Shown here: piece by piece, positions 39,220 through 53,083 of the stretch
Numbering within the stretch: position 1 is the first letter of the stretch
Layout of the letters: each line of letters opens with the position of its first letter
Position numbers and translations under genes: made by a program
Assembly: GCA_043228905.1 (NCBI GenBank)
Contig: JBHGNT010000001.1
Coordinates: 31,558,001-31,622,000 of the forward strand
Source of the DNA: Azolla caroliniana
Taxonomy: Eukaryota > Plantae > Polypodiophyta
Length of the DNA stretch: 64,000 bases
Direction: 5' to 3'
Notes under the pieces: generated by a model
What the model saw: the letters and a program-made list of their open reading frames with translations, nothing else
Told to the model about the DNA's origin: nothing
The model's database searches: none

Positions 39220-41672
39220 GTCATGGTTCCATGAACTCCCATTGTTTGGGAGAAACCTATAGTAGTGTCGTCAGAGTGTGTGTACACATTGCCATTGCCC
39301 CGCCCATCTTTTGAGGGGACAATAAGGAGCCTTTCCTACACGGCTCAGGTCGCCCATCTTCTCCCTATCATCCATGTCCACGTCGGCAATCTCCATCCCC
39401 CCATGTATCTTCTTTATTACATAAATTTTGTGCTTCTCTTGAGTTTGGTCTTTTTTATAAAGTGTGTTGTCCCTCTCGTCCCATGAGCGCGTGTACATTT
39501 TTGTATAACAATGTGTAACTCCAAAAAACAATGTCTAACATCATGAGGTTACAAAATGGGAGATGAGAGTTCAAGTAAAAAACAATAAACACATGAAGGA
39601 AGCTCTATTGATGGTGTATGATGCTTCGTCTGTTGATCTCAAATGAATGGGTTTTTTAATGTAGTTACTCCAAGGCCTTTGAGTTTCCATGAAGGGTTTA
39701 GGCTTCAAACCCATATGAACCTCCTACAATCGATGTGGGCCATAAGCCTAACTGGATCCATTCGTTCCACCACACCATGTATCATTAGGGGTGTCCCTCC
39801 CACTCTTGCTTTGAGTTTCGTTGTATTTGTTTTTACATAATCTCATGAAGTACAAGCTTCACTATATTTAATGGATGTATGGTCTTGACAGTTTTCTATG
39901 CACTACTAAGGCCATGGCCCAGGAACACAATAATCAACAAGTGCTTCACCTTCATGGAGATTCCAAACTTGCTACCCATCTTTGTTCATTTTATACAGAT
40001 TTCTCACACGAAAATAGAGGAGAAAAGTTATGTGATCAAACCAATGCCTATGTTTCAGAAAGAAAATTACAACCAAGGTATGCAACTTGATAATGTTTTG
40101 GCATGTGCATGTCGATAGATCATGGATAACCATGCCATCTAAAAAACATCGATTTGAGAAGTTTTAAACAATTCACATTCGTTTGAGGCAATATTGTACA
40201 CCCCTTTTTGGCAATTAGATTATAGTAAGTACATCACTGTTACGGGATATTATATGGTCATGCCCGTAACCCACACACTTGTCCACGTGTATAGAATAGT
40301 ACAGTAAATTCTCACCACGGGATATTATATGGTCATGCCCGTAACAATCACTATGCATTGTCCAAAAAAAGCAATCAATTTTCTGCCTATATTTTATAAA
40401 AGCATAGAACATCAAGGCATTAAAAACCCGAAACTTTCAAAGTTGCCACTTGAAAGTGATTGGATGTATGGTACATAGTTTATTTTAGTCAAACATTTTT
40501 TGGTTTAATACCCTAGACATAGTACGTATATACAATTTTAGAGTGTAAGTACAAATTACAATATGTATTATCCTCGATGCGATTTTTGAAAACAAATCTA
40601 AAAAACATACACACATGTAACGTGTTTATGAATGAGAATCATAGCAATTACAACTAGAGGATGTACAAAGTGAGCTGAAACTTGTTCAAAACACACTTGA
40701 CACATGAAGAGAAAGAACATAGAAATAAGAAACGTCAGTTGTATATAATAGACTAAATAGACTAACTTATCAGTTTAGCTGATTGGAATTTAATGCTTTA
40801 AGTTTCTTGTGCAACTTGATATTGATTAAGTTTACAAGTTCTTCTTGTAAGTTAAATTGTGACAACTTCAAGACATCGGGGACCTGCAATTGAATAAACA
40901 AACGAGGGTTTGATGAGCTAATGTCGTTGACTCATATTCACCAACTAATAAAAAAGGTCTTGTAATGCATATGTATCCACAATAGAATGCTACTTTTTTC
41001 TTGTTGTGAATTCCAAGGGAGAACCATTTATTTTGTTGTACACATCGGGAATAGGTAGAATCACTTGCATTCGCATATTTCATATGATATAGGCTTATAG
41101 CTGAATAAGCAAAGTAAAAGAGAAAGAGAGTTTTCGCAATGTGGTATCATGAAGAATAATAGAAATTAGGAACTTGGCACATTCAAATACTCACATTTAT
41201 TTAGGTAAATTTGACACATCTTGAATTCTACATGACTTCTTAGTATTCATTTTCTCGTCTTTTGCCTTTTGCAACGATGCGCAACATAATCTCTACTTTC
41301 CATCCCCCGATGTAGAGGCGTGCATAGGAAATATGGCACTCATTCTCACATCAATCCCAAATATTTTAGTGATGTGTGACATTTTGGGAATCATGGCAAA
41401 TCTAGTTAGAGGAAAATTATCAATCCTGTTCCATTTCAGAAATAACCCCATTGTCTTTCTCCGTTGTGTCATCTTGCAGACGTAGACAACTGACTCAAAC
41501 ACATCCTAAAACGTGGCGCAAATATGAATGAAAAGTGTAGTGAAATGTGGCCCTCTTTGTTACTAAAGAAACATGTTTCATCATTCTTTTTCTCATGGGT
41601 AACGTGATCTTAAGTTACGTAGAATACTCACACCTTCCAACCCACCTAATCAACATACGTTTTACTTCTTCA

Positions 41673-43677
41673 TCAATATACGCGAGAATGTTTGTAATGT
41701 AAGTTTGTGTCAAGACTTACAAATATCTATTGGTTTGCACTAGTAATAGCTACTAAAAAAAATGTGGATCTTTCAGAGGGGTGAATTACCCTTCCATGGA
41801 TGCGATGGAAGCTACGATCACCATCGGAACTGAGTGTGGCATTGGCAACATCCACATTGAAGTGTTCCAGCAACGAGAAGACCTTGGGCCAAACACCCTT
41901 ATGGAGGAGCGCAGGCATGTTTATGCTAACCAACACGTCCCCTCCGGCTTTCATCCGCACATGTACCTGTGCGTGTGGGCGGGGGAAACACAATATACAA
42001 ACGGGCAATTATGTGACCGAAAAACGAAGGTCGGGGCGATAAATACATGCGCACACGATAGGTACAGAAGTCCCGAATGGGAAACCGCAAGACCATAAAA
42101 GGAAGAAAACATTGGAGGGGTAAAGATATTGAAATATGGAGAAACCAATGTAACACATATTGATATAACACATGCATTGTTGGTTCTTGTGGAGCATTAG
42201 TAAAGTAGTAGCTTACCTCCACTTCTGACTGGATAAAATGATGGGAAATGTAAGAAGAAGAAGAAGAAGCACTCCTCTTCCTCCTCCTTCTGCTACTTGT
42301 AGTAGTAGTAGTAATGAATGATGTTTCTGTCATTTTGTCATGCCCATCCTCAATCCTTGCCTTCCTCCTGCTGCTGCAGGAATGGTGGAAGTCCTTCTCT
42401 GTCATTCCACATGATGACAGCAGCTCTGCCTTCTTTTGTTTCAATCCTTCTATCTCCCCTCTCAAGCTCCCTATGTATTCTATTACCTTTGTTAAGGTTG
42501 TGATCCTGTCTGTTGCCTATATACAACAATAATAATCAATCCACAAATAAATCATATTATGTATACACTCTCTCATAAAGAAAAATTTCAAACAAAACCA
42601 TTCATTCTTATATGATATATCACATACATACACATACACATACATGCATAAATTAATTTAGGGCTAACCACAGTCATACAGTACCCCAAAAACAAATTAA
42701 TGTCTGGAAAAAGTGTTTGCAAATGAATGAATGCAGCCCCCTGCAGTTAAGTAAGTTACCTTGTGTTTAAGGAGAGGGTGAAGGGATTGAAGGATGGTGA
42801 AGTAAGTAGCCATGCTTTTCCGTCTAGTCCTCTCCGATTGGATATGGGCATGCTTTGCAAAGGTCATGAGCCCTCTTCTCCCATGACTTGATGATGGTGG
42901 GAGGTTATTAAGCAGGCCATTAGCAGGCAGCTTAGCCATGGCATTAAAGTCACCCTCCTCCAGAATGAATGTGCCAGTAATGGGAGTCGAAGATCGAATG
43001 AAAGATCGCAAGCCTGCCATTATTGCAGCATGGCGAGTAGTATTATTACCATGATTATGGTGATGAGAGGAAGAAGTAATGGAGCTTCTTGGGTTGTTAG
43101 GATGTACAGGTCCTGTGGTTTTACTACTTGCATTGGCAGAGACAACAATGGTGTTCGGGTCGATAAGAAGCTTGTTTGGAGGAATAACTCGGGCCGAGAA
43201 ATGCGGAAGAGCTCTTGTAATGTCGGAGAGCTTAAGCACAGATGGTGATGTGAATCCATGGCCATTATCATATACACCATTGCATCTATCAATGGACTCA
43301 TCACCGTCACCGTCACCGTCACCGTCACCGTGAGGGCCTTGTTGGAGTGGTACAATATGAGCCTTGTGTACCAGGATATGGTCATCTTCATCCGAAGGGC
43401 TCATACATGAATCCATGGGCGAGCTCAATGACATTTCGTCACGATTACAACAATGTATCCCGCCGTTGCCGCCCAACTCCCACTTGCCATCATCATCCTT
43501 GTCCCAGCATACATTGGCCAGCCAATCATCGAAATCGGCCCACTCGGCCATCATTGTCAGTTGTTGTTGTTGTTGTTCGCAATCATCGCCCATGAAGTTC
43601 CCAGTCGGATTGGAACGGGGAAGGATTAGCTCGTTCAAGAAGGTGGAATTAAGATGGTGGGGATCATGTTCCATCAT
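41673..43677 (-). CDS. bHLH transcription factor with C-terminal ACT-like domain (resembles subfamily Ib/ZHOUPI-like); exons about 43677-42760, 42516-42217, 41966-41790, 41726-41673
   Basis: Basic-HLH HAHIQSERTRRKSMATYFTILQSLHPLLKHK|ATDRITTLTKVIEYIGSL has the H-E-R motif. ACT-like VHVRMKAGGDVLVSINMP..KGVWPKVFSLLEHFNVDVANATLS. The last exon is uncertain. Confidence 0.85.
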
Positions 43678-44445
43678 AGGAAAAGAAACGCAAAAGAGGA
43701 TTGCAATTTGTATATGGTACTGATGAGCGAGCTAGATACACACACACACACACACATACACTCTCAATGTAGCATACCCTCCAAGATTTTTGAAAGCCTC
43801 CACAAACATACTTTCTTTTTGTTTTTTGTTTTTTCCAAAAAATGCCCCTCCTTTTAAATTAACTTTGTGTGCACAAACTATGTATGTATGTATATATATA
43901 CATACTACAGTCTAGTACTACTAGTACTGCATTGTGGTAAAAGTAAAAGTTAAAACCCACAAGGTACTCGAAGGTAAAAAAGTTCTCTCGATCCTCGATT
44001 ATTGCTAGGAATTCGAAAATCGATTTTCCTTTATAGCTAGAGGTTACATCCCAGCCATGCTACTCCATGGAGGCCATCAAACAAGTCCAATAATGTGCAC
44101 GTGCTTAAATAAGAGACGCCCACATTGCACTATCTTCATTCTTGAGTAGTGTCAATATCTGAAGTTTCTTTCCTCGTTATACATGTGTCAAAAAAATAAA
44201 CAAACATTGGAACCTTGGACCATGTTGCTCAACAAGAGGCACCAAAACCAAGACTACAATACACTATAATGTAATATTGGTATAAACACTTCATCCCTTT
44301 CAATTGCAAAATGCACATCTATCAACCATAGTCTTTTTATTAAGATCTATTTCGAAACAAGCATTGGTTCATAACTATCAAAATCTTAAATATACATATT
44401 ATGCGCTACATATATAAGTGCAAGCAAGAGAAATAGAAACTTACT

Positions 44446-44590
44446 AGACCAATTGACCTTGATTATTACGGAGATAATCTTGGCCTTAGAGTACGCAAGA
44501 AGAAAAAAAGATTGAGTTTGTGTATAGAGACCAATTGACCTTCATTATTAAAGGAGATAATCTTGGCCCTAGAGTACACAAGAAGAAAGA
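44446..44590. repeat. Tandem duplication, about 80 bp
   Basis: AGACCAATTGACCTT..GGAGATAATCTTGGCC..AGAGTAC..AAGAAGAAA occurs twice. Confidence 0.85.
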
Positions 44591-44713
44591 AATGTTGTAT
44601 TGTAGTATTATATATCTATGATCATTAATGTCTCGTTCTCTCTCCCTTGGTAATTAGTTTATGTTAGGTAAGTTTGTTACATTGCAACCACTCGTCTTCG
44701 GTTTGAAACCCAA

Positions 44714-44751
<38 letters not shown>

Positions 44752-45864
44752 TACACACATGATTGTAGATGATGCTCAATCTTCGTTCCCAAAACCTGAA
44801 CCCTTCCGCTCTAAATGTTGAAATTTTGATTCTTGATTCAAGTAGCTAACCACATAGTAAATCATATGTATTGGTTCTTCACGCACATTGTAAAAGTTAC
44901 AGATTATAAATTACTATAGCTTTATTTCTTGGAACTATTGAAGTCAAGAAAACAAACACTCAAATGTCTTCTAAAAGGAAACTTGACTGATATAGTCAAC
45001 TTTGTTTCTATTTGTTGTATTATGTCATGATATCCTATTCTTTTGCATGTAGAAAGGAAACTCAAATTATATAGTCAATCAGATAGAAAAGTTTCTATAA
45101 CGTGACCTAGAATTGGATTTCCTACACCAATTTATCATGCCTACACTAACTATGAATTGATCCCACTTTAACTTTGATTTCAACCGTAGCATTAGTTTTA
45201 TGTAGTTCGATGAAGGGGTATTGAGTTTACTTTTCCATTACCAATGCATTAATTAGGACTTTAAATCATATTTCTTTGTCTCTCATGGATATCTTGATGG
45301 TGCTTGAATGGAAAGACAACGGGCACATGTGACATTTCGTTGTTTTTATGTAGACCAATCAAATATTGAGGTTTCATAAGAAATAGATAATAACAAGTTA
45401 CAAAAATTTGCTGACATACCATAGTAATTGTAAGACATTATCAAAATTTCATCCAAAGTTTGAAAGTGATCGAGTCACCATCCCTTTTCATGAAGCTAAT
45501 TAATTAATATATACTTACTGTAATTAAGTACCGAACAACATGTCACTTGTGAAGACTAATTAACTAATTTATAACTAGACTAATGTAACGAATCACTCAG
45601 TCATGACCAAATTTAGTAGTTGTCTGAATTATGCACTAAAGGGAGCATAGCTTGGTTTTAAATTACTCTACTTATGGTTATGAATCAACGACAACAAGAA
45701 GCCTTTTATTTCGTGGTTTGAGAAATATCACTATGTAACCATCATCAAAAAGTAAGCCAGTCCTTTTAAAATATGATCGATAAATTTACTATTCTATAAG
45801 TGGTCATAATATATGTAAGTAGTCTCATTTTCTTGATCTTGATCTGAGGGAGATTCCTCGTTTT

Positions 45865-48800
45865 CTTTTTTTCCAAAAAAAACATCTACTTCCATTAGTT
45901 AAGAATGTACAAAGGAATCATTTACAACTCATATCTTACAAGACATCTTGCATGTCAAAGGAAAACAATGTGTAGATGAAACAACATAAAAAAACAACTC
46001 CAAAACACCACATCATTCTATGTGCATAGCATTACTCGAACACATATTCTCCACGTGAGCCTCATACAAAACAGAATTCAGCATAGATGACCTCCATTCG
46101 CTCCTCATGGCAGCACCCATCTAGATGTTAGGAACACTTGGAGGGAACAGCCACCGCGGTGGTTGATAATTCCACTTCACTTTACCATCCATTATCTGCA
46201 GCATCGACGAACCGCTCCATTTTTTAAGGAATCGAGCTCTAGCTTCTTCACTTGCATCAGATGGCCCTTGAAGACTTTCAAACTCACCTCGCAACGTAGA
46301 AATAAGATTAAACCAGATCATCATTAAATTCTTAGCCGGTGGGGTTCGTTTACCTGCGAGGGTCTCCTTGCACCGAGATACCCACACTTGCTAGACCGTA
46401 AGGCCGACCACTAATACCCATATGTCCACGTAGTGTTCTTGTAAGAAGAATAAACCTCCTTGCGTTGCTGGTTGCACAGATCCTTGCTTCACCATTAAAG
46501 AAGGACTGTTTCCATTCCACCCTTGAAACCATGAGACCGATTCAGTGGCCAGCCAAGTGATTGTTGCGCTAGATACATGAACCTCAACCCCAAAACGAGC
46601 CAAGATTCTTAAGCTCCTCAGCCAGATTTCTTGCGCTCGTGGGCAGCACCACAAACAATGAGCGATGTCCTCCAAGCTCGCACTACACGCCTTGCAACCA
46701 CTCATGCCGCCTCTATTCCCAAGCCACTCTCTCGTTGGAACGGCCCGATGGGTGATTAACTAGAAAAACACTTTGATCCGCTCGGGCAGGGATGAGTTCC
46801 ATATCCTGCTCCTGGTTCTATCCACGAAGACTGAATCGATAGCTGCATGGGTCCACTTGTTGGCACATTTCTCACGATACGAACCTAACTTTCTCCCCAA
46901 GCGCGTCGAGTATTTGAAGAAACCTAGTGATTTAGCTTGTTCTCCCTTCCACCTATATTCAGCGGGATCCCATTCTACGCGCTCGAGAGGCTTGCCTTCA
47001 ACCACGTACAAGATCCAATCCTCCTCGACCTCTTCGACTGGTGGATTCACCTTCCATTTCTTTCCGTGTCTTGCCACAATTCTAATAGGGTACCAACCTG
47101 CACTTTCATCTAATAATCCCATCAGGACGGTCTTCCCACTCTTTCCTAGACCCCTGACATTGATAATATTTCCGGTACCATCACATTGTCCAGACCATTC
47201 ACCCTCTTCCTCATTACCAATAGGAAGCGAGGAGACAGCTGTATTGACTACGTCAAGCATCTTTCTGCCATTTCTGACCTTTCCCATGTCTTCATATAAT
47301 TGATCACGATTATTGCCGGACAACCGCAGCCAACAGCCACCGAGTGTATCCCTAGACAATGCAATATAGCCCACGGCATGCGCTTGCTTTGTCCAAGCAT
47401 CATTCCTTCTGGCGATTGCACGGTCTCGTTCCACAATAGGGGTTGGCGTATCTATTCAGCACTAGTACTTGGACGATTCCGACTTAGATGCCCACGAAGT
47501 ATACTCCACGCCTGCATCACTGACATACAAGTACGATCAGCCAATCGGTTAGATTTCCTCAATTTTAAGTCCATGCAAAAAGGCCACGCTTTGTGTGACT
47601 TCCATTGCCCACCCAGTCTTGGACTCCATAGAATGCTCCTATTATGTATCAATGTTTTCCATAACTCATCACCGGGTAGCAAGCTTCTTACCAATATCTT
47701 ACATAACAATGCCTGACTCTGCAATCCAGGGTCAACCAATCCTAAACCCCCCTTACTCTTGGGAAGAATCAATGTGGACCATGATACTTTGGCTGCCGCA
47801 TTGTCTTTCCTCATCCCAGCCCAAAGAAATCCCCTAATACACGCTTTAACAGTGCGAATAGCTTGCTTGTCAAACATCCACACTGAAACTGCATGCCATA
47901 ATGTAGACAAAAGCACATGGTTAGCTACTATGATCCTGCCAGCCAATGATAAGTTCATCCCTGACCAGTTGCGAATTTTGTCACAGATTTTGCTTTGAAT
48001 ATGTTGCAGTTGAATTCCCTTGTCGATATCTACCCCAATCCACGTTCCTAGATACCTAGTGGCTTCCCCGTTTGCAATCCATTTGAATTCAGCATTTGGC
48101 TTCCAAACAGGCTCGGGCTCCAAGCTGATCCAAAAACCCTTGGACTTCTTCCAATTAATGGACGCTCCCGATGCCTCGCAAAAGAGCTCAATAGCACTCT
48201 GTGCCCTCTCAAGATTCGCTTCATTTCCTTGGAGGTATAGCATTGTATCGTCCGCGAACTCCAAATCCAGCAGGGACTTCCTTGCGTTAGGGATCGAAAG
48301 ACCATGAAGATTTGCCCCTTGGCTATTAAAAAGGGCAGACATTGCTTCAGTAATAAAAAGGAAAAGAAAGGGGGCAAGAGGACAACCCTGCCTGATGGAT
48401 CGAGTAAGAATTATTTGAGCTCCTTTCCTCCCTACAATCAGCACCTTACTCGAGCCATTCCTATATAAGGCTTGGGCAGCACACCTCCATTCCAATGGTA
48501 GCTCAATGACCTTCATCACTTCTTCCAAGAAAGACCATTGCACTCGATCATAGGCTTTCTCGAAGTCGAGCATCAAACAGGCTAAGTTTTGATTGGTCAC
48601 CTTCGGCGTTGCAACAGCCTCCCAAAACAAAATCACGTTGTCCATAATAGAACGATGCTCCATGAAACCAGTTTGATTGGATTGGATGATATCGCCTAGG
48701 AAGGGCTTGATTCTCTGCACTAATATGTTAGCAAATTTTTTATAAATTAGGTTTTAAATTGTAATGGGCCTCCATTGCTTAATCTCGTGCAGCGCAGTCT

Positions 48801-50351
48801 CCGATTTTGGAATCAAGTAGATCAAGCCTTCATTGAAGCTACTCGGCATCCGTCCTGTTCTCCACATCTCTTGCAGTCCAGCTTTCAAGCTTGGAAAAAT
48901 TTGCTCCCAAAACTCCTTGAAGAAGGCTTTGGGAAGACCGTCAGCACCAAGACAAACCATACTCTGTATCTTATCTAGCCCCGCTACAATCTCTTCCTCC
49001 TCTATGGCTTTTGAGAACTGCGCTTTAGCTGCCTCTCCAATCCTGGTTTTCAAGCATGTAATTACACCATGCATTAGGTTACTCGGAGGGTCGTTTGTCA
49101 ACGTAGGAGCTAAAAGGTCTCTGTAGTAATTAGTCGCCATTTGCAAGATTTCCTCTTGATCAAATGTCATTGAATCATCCTCCCGTTTGAGACTATGAAT
49201 ATGTGTTCCTCTCCGTTTCGGAGTCTTGGCAAGAAAAAATTCCCTGTTAACTTTATCTCCCTTGACCGCCCACCATGCTGCTGACTTTCTGAAGAGGAAT
49301 TGCTCCCGTTGCTGTCTAACCTCCTGCAGCAACCCAGTGGCCTCCTGCAGCCTGTCTTTCGCCCAAGCACAACATGGGTCCACTTGCGTGAGCTTTTGAG
49401 CTGAGATGACTGCCTTCCTTAGGCATTGCAGACGGTATTGACACCTTAACAGCTCCTCCCTAGCCACTTTCTGAAGAAACAAAGAAGAATTAATAATCTT
49501 TTCCTCTAGTACCTGTATCGGGTCGTGGGCTGATGGGGATGCCATCCAAATGGTATTCATTGCATCCTTAACCTTCTGGATACCGAAAATCTTCGGAGGA
49601 ATCCTCACATTGCTCTCACTCTTCTTCTTATAAATAGGTTCAAGAGTCAAGGATACTGGAAGGTGATCCGAATAAGTAAAACCAACAAGAATGGATGAGA
49701 AGCCGCTCCATTCCTCTATCCCGGGGCTCACATAGATGCGGTCCAATCTAGAGTGACATCCTTCACTCTCCTTCCAGCCAAATCGTGAGAACCTTAAGGA
49801 ATTCACCTCAACTGCCATAGTAGAATACCACGAGTCCTGGATTCCCAACATAGAAGTTAAGAAACCCCACGCTCTAAGCTCCTCCCCATGTAGCAAGTTC
49901 GAATGAGCCCCAAGACAATCTTCCACTCTCTCTGTCATGTTAAAATCCCCTGCCACTATCCAATTGTCGACGGAGGGAATTTTGTTTGCCAACAGTCTCC
50001 AAAATGAGGTCCTCTCATTGCTAATGTTAGGTGCGTAGACATTCAGCACCCCAAATTTTACATTCCTCCATTCCAAGTAGCAAAACATAGCCCTACCTTC
50101 AATTAATATGCCATGATCCAAGATGATGATATCCGCTGATTTCCTCACCGAAATACACACTCCACCTCTCCTTTCTAACATGCCGTGAGCAGGAGCCCAC
50201 CATGTGTACCAATCCCCTGGCAACAGGTCTTTGAACAGTTCCGTTCTTTCTCGGCCAAGGTCATGCTCTTGTAAGAGCAAAATATCAATAGTTTTACAAA
50301 GGCCGTCAGCTTCCCATTCTCTCCTAAACCGACGCTTCTCTAGCTGATGTT
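45865..50351 (-). mobile_element. 5'-truncated L1-like LINE, ORF2 pseudogenised
   Basis: APE endonuclease (LLLQEH, NVYAP, GDFN, SRLDRIY, SDHLPV), RT (WRPIT, LDFEKAYDRV, RQGCPLAP, FADD, YLG) and zf-RVT (CKAC..EDIAHCLWCC). In-frame stops and a frameshift. A-rich tail; 15-bp TSD GAGATTCC(T/C)CGTTTT at 45850-45864 and 50352-50366. Confidence 0.95.
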
Positions 50352-50366
50352 GAGATTCCCCGTTTT

Positions 50367-50448
50367 GTGTATAAGTTTCTTTGTATAGTCTCCTTGTAAT
50401 AATCCTTCCTAACTAATGGGAAAGTAGCTTTATTTTGGAAAAAAAAAA
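50367..50448 (+). mobile_element. 3' tail fragment of a related LINE/SINE in opposite orientation
   Basis: TAACTAATGGGAAAGTAG..TTTTGG plus poly(A) mirrors the minus-strand LINE end TAACTAATGGAAGTAG..TTTTGG plus A-run. Confidence 0.7.
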
Positions 50449-51173
50449 TATTAGAAATTTGATTGTCACTATAATATAAATTAAAGTACATGCATGTTAA
50501 ATATAAAAACTCGACTCATATATCCACCTCAAGTTTTTTTACCAAGGTTTTCGGGTCATAGGCACATGGACGCTCTGATACATGTCAAACTTATTCCATG
50601 CAATTCTTTACTAAAGAATCAAGGATTCTCCCTTTCTAAAGAAACCATATATGGGATCTTCTTTGGCCCCTTTAATTTCTAATGCATGCATGAGTGGCTC
50701 CTAAATGTTCCCTATTTCTTTATGATTATCCATCCACTTTGTGCATAAACTAAAAGATCGTGATTTCAACTTAGGGAGAGGACAAATTGATCCCATGTTA
50801 AAATTGTGATTGAAATATCAAAAAATGGTACGGGCTTATATTAAACAAGGATATATTTATATTACTTCAAAATACTAAAGCTATAATTACGTGAAATTAG
50901 CCCATGCTCGCTTAATTTAAGTAAAGATTGTAAACAAATAAGGATGAAGTCCTTGAATGTATTTTATCTCACAATGTATGTCTACTAAGGAAGCTATAAA
51001 TATAAAGGCTGAACATTAAAAACACGTTAAGTGTTTGTTTATGAACAACAAAAAAGCATGTGAAACTCTATGGGTTACTCTTAAAACCCTAAGGTTGCAA
51101 AAAAAGTAACCCCATCATTTGTTAAACTAACTAGATCAACTATGTATGACTATTTCAAGAGAGTTGTTGTCAC

Positions 51174-51575
51174 CATGAATTCCATTGCAATTTGTTGCTT
51201 TGTTCTTGAGGGTTATCAAACACGGATACCAAGGCATCTCTCATTGAAATACTTGGCTCAGACATGCAATATTGTGAGGGTAGATCGAGATTCCAAAGTC
51301 TTATTCATAATCTAGTGTGAACACCTACAAGGTAGAATAGAGATATGCTCCATTAAGATGGCTTTTTCCGTGTGCAATCATAGTCTTAGTCCAAATTCTT
51401 TGTTTTAAATGCTCCCCATGAATTCTATCGCAATTTGTTGCTTTGTTCTTCTCAAACACAAATACTAAGGCATCATCGAAATTCTTGGATCATATAGGTA
51501 ATATTATGAGGGTAGCTCGAGATTCCAAAGTCTTAGTCCTAGTCTAGTGTAAATGCCTATAAGGTAGAATAGAAC
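51174..51575. repeat. Degenerate direct repeat (~170-bp unit, ~240-bp period)
   Basis: CCATGAATTC..GCAATTTGTTGCTTTGTTCTT..CGAGATTCCAAAGTCTTA..AAGGTAGAATAGA occurs twice. Confidence 0.8.
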
Positions 51576-53083
51576 TGTGCAATCATGATATGTTTTTAAA
51601 ATTGAACATTGACATGCATGTGATCATCCTTCTTGTATTAAAGTTATACTCTAGTGGAAACCAAGTAGTTTTTCCTATTGACTAGGTGGTTTAACAATAA
51701 AGCATCGTAGTCATAATATAGAGATACTTAAGTTTGATACGCATCCCTTGAATTAGGGCTCAACTTTTTTGACATGTCATCCATCATCATATCTTGTTGC
51801 TTGGGTCATAAGACATCATTTTTTGTATAAGCATATAGATGTACACTTAAAGGACATCTATTTTCTCGAGACTCATGAAGTTTGAACTTTTTTATTATGG
51901 CTTTAGTTTGATGCCAACATAAACCATCATCCCACAATAACTTTGTCTCTTCATTTAATAAACAATCCTCACCTTTTCCCATTTCTTTGTCTTTTTGTTT
52001 TTGCTCTTCTTTTTTTGCAATGACATTTATTCTAGAAAACTTCATTTCTCTTTTAGGTGGTGGTTCGTCTACAAGGTCAATATTGTTTTATTAAATGGGT
52101 GAGGCATGCCCAAAGTTTGTTGAATAATCTCCATCATTCAAGACATTTAAATCACATAGTCTTATTCATCCTTGATTACATGAACGGTGTTTATAAACCC
52201 ATTTATAGACTACTGAGCTTTGGTAATGCCATCATTGGAGTTGATTACTCATCATGCACTCATTTCCCATGCATTTCTAGGTCATGAAGAAGGAAAATCA
52301 ACTTTGTGCAAAAGACGTGCCAAACTTCACAATAAACCATAGGCAAGCCAAACTTGAGAAAAAAGCTTATGCAAACTCACCTACTATCCATCCATATCCA
52401 TACAAGAGCCCAAAATACAAGCTTTGCCTTGCCAAAGTACCACTATTCCATTATCAACCCATTGAAGTGATCACCGGACAATCATATGTGGGCATTGACA
52501 AGGCAAAGGTTCAATATTGTACAATGGCCCTTTAGTAGGTTATACACTACAAGCATCAATCCGAATATCTTCAAATTTGGTATGCTCAAATCACTCATGA
52601 ATTCCCGATGGATAACAATTATTATCGAGCGAATTCCCAAACAAATAATGATGACGTAGGCATGATGTTTATCGGAATAGAATTATGGTTCACGAGATAG
52701 TTAGTTACACCACCTGCCAAGGTTTGATCCCAACCAACCACATTACCTTCAGCTGGTACAGTCAAAGAAAACAAAAGGGTAAAGGAATTCTCCACATATA
52801 TATATACAAAAACGTTGCTGATTGTTCAGTAATCCCTTCACAAGAAACTCGCTTCATTTTGATCTAGACACCAAAATATGTTACGATGTTGTAATAAAAT
52901 AGCAAAATTGGGTGTCTGTGCCTTGCCAGATGTGATGTTATTCATTATTCAAACAGACTTGGTGACATGCGAATGCTTACAAATGTATTGTCACAAGGTT
53001 AAGGGAAATAACAAAACTCTCGCCCATCATCTTTACTTTTGATCAACCGAGAGTAAAGATCTCTCCAGGTTTTACAAACATAT

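Noticed and set aside
38991-39314. ORFs rich in YI/HT/CV dipeptides
   Set aside because: Translations of microsatellites.
51800-52560. Possible decayed gypsy integrase fragments (similar relic-like sequence at 34700-35200 and 56350-58000)
   Set aside because: Too degenerate to support by eye; needs a translated HMM search.
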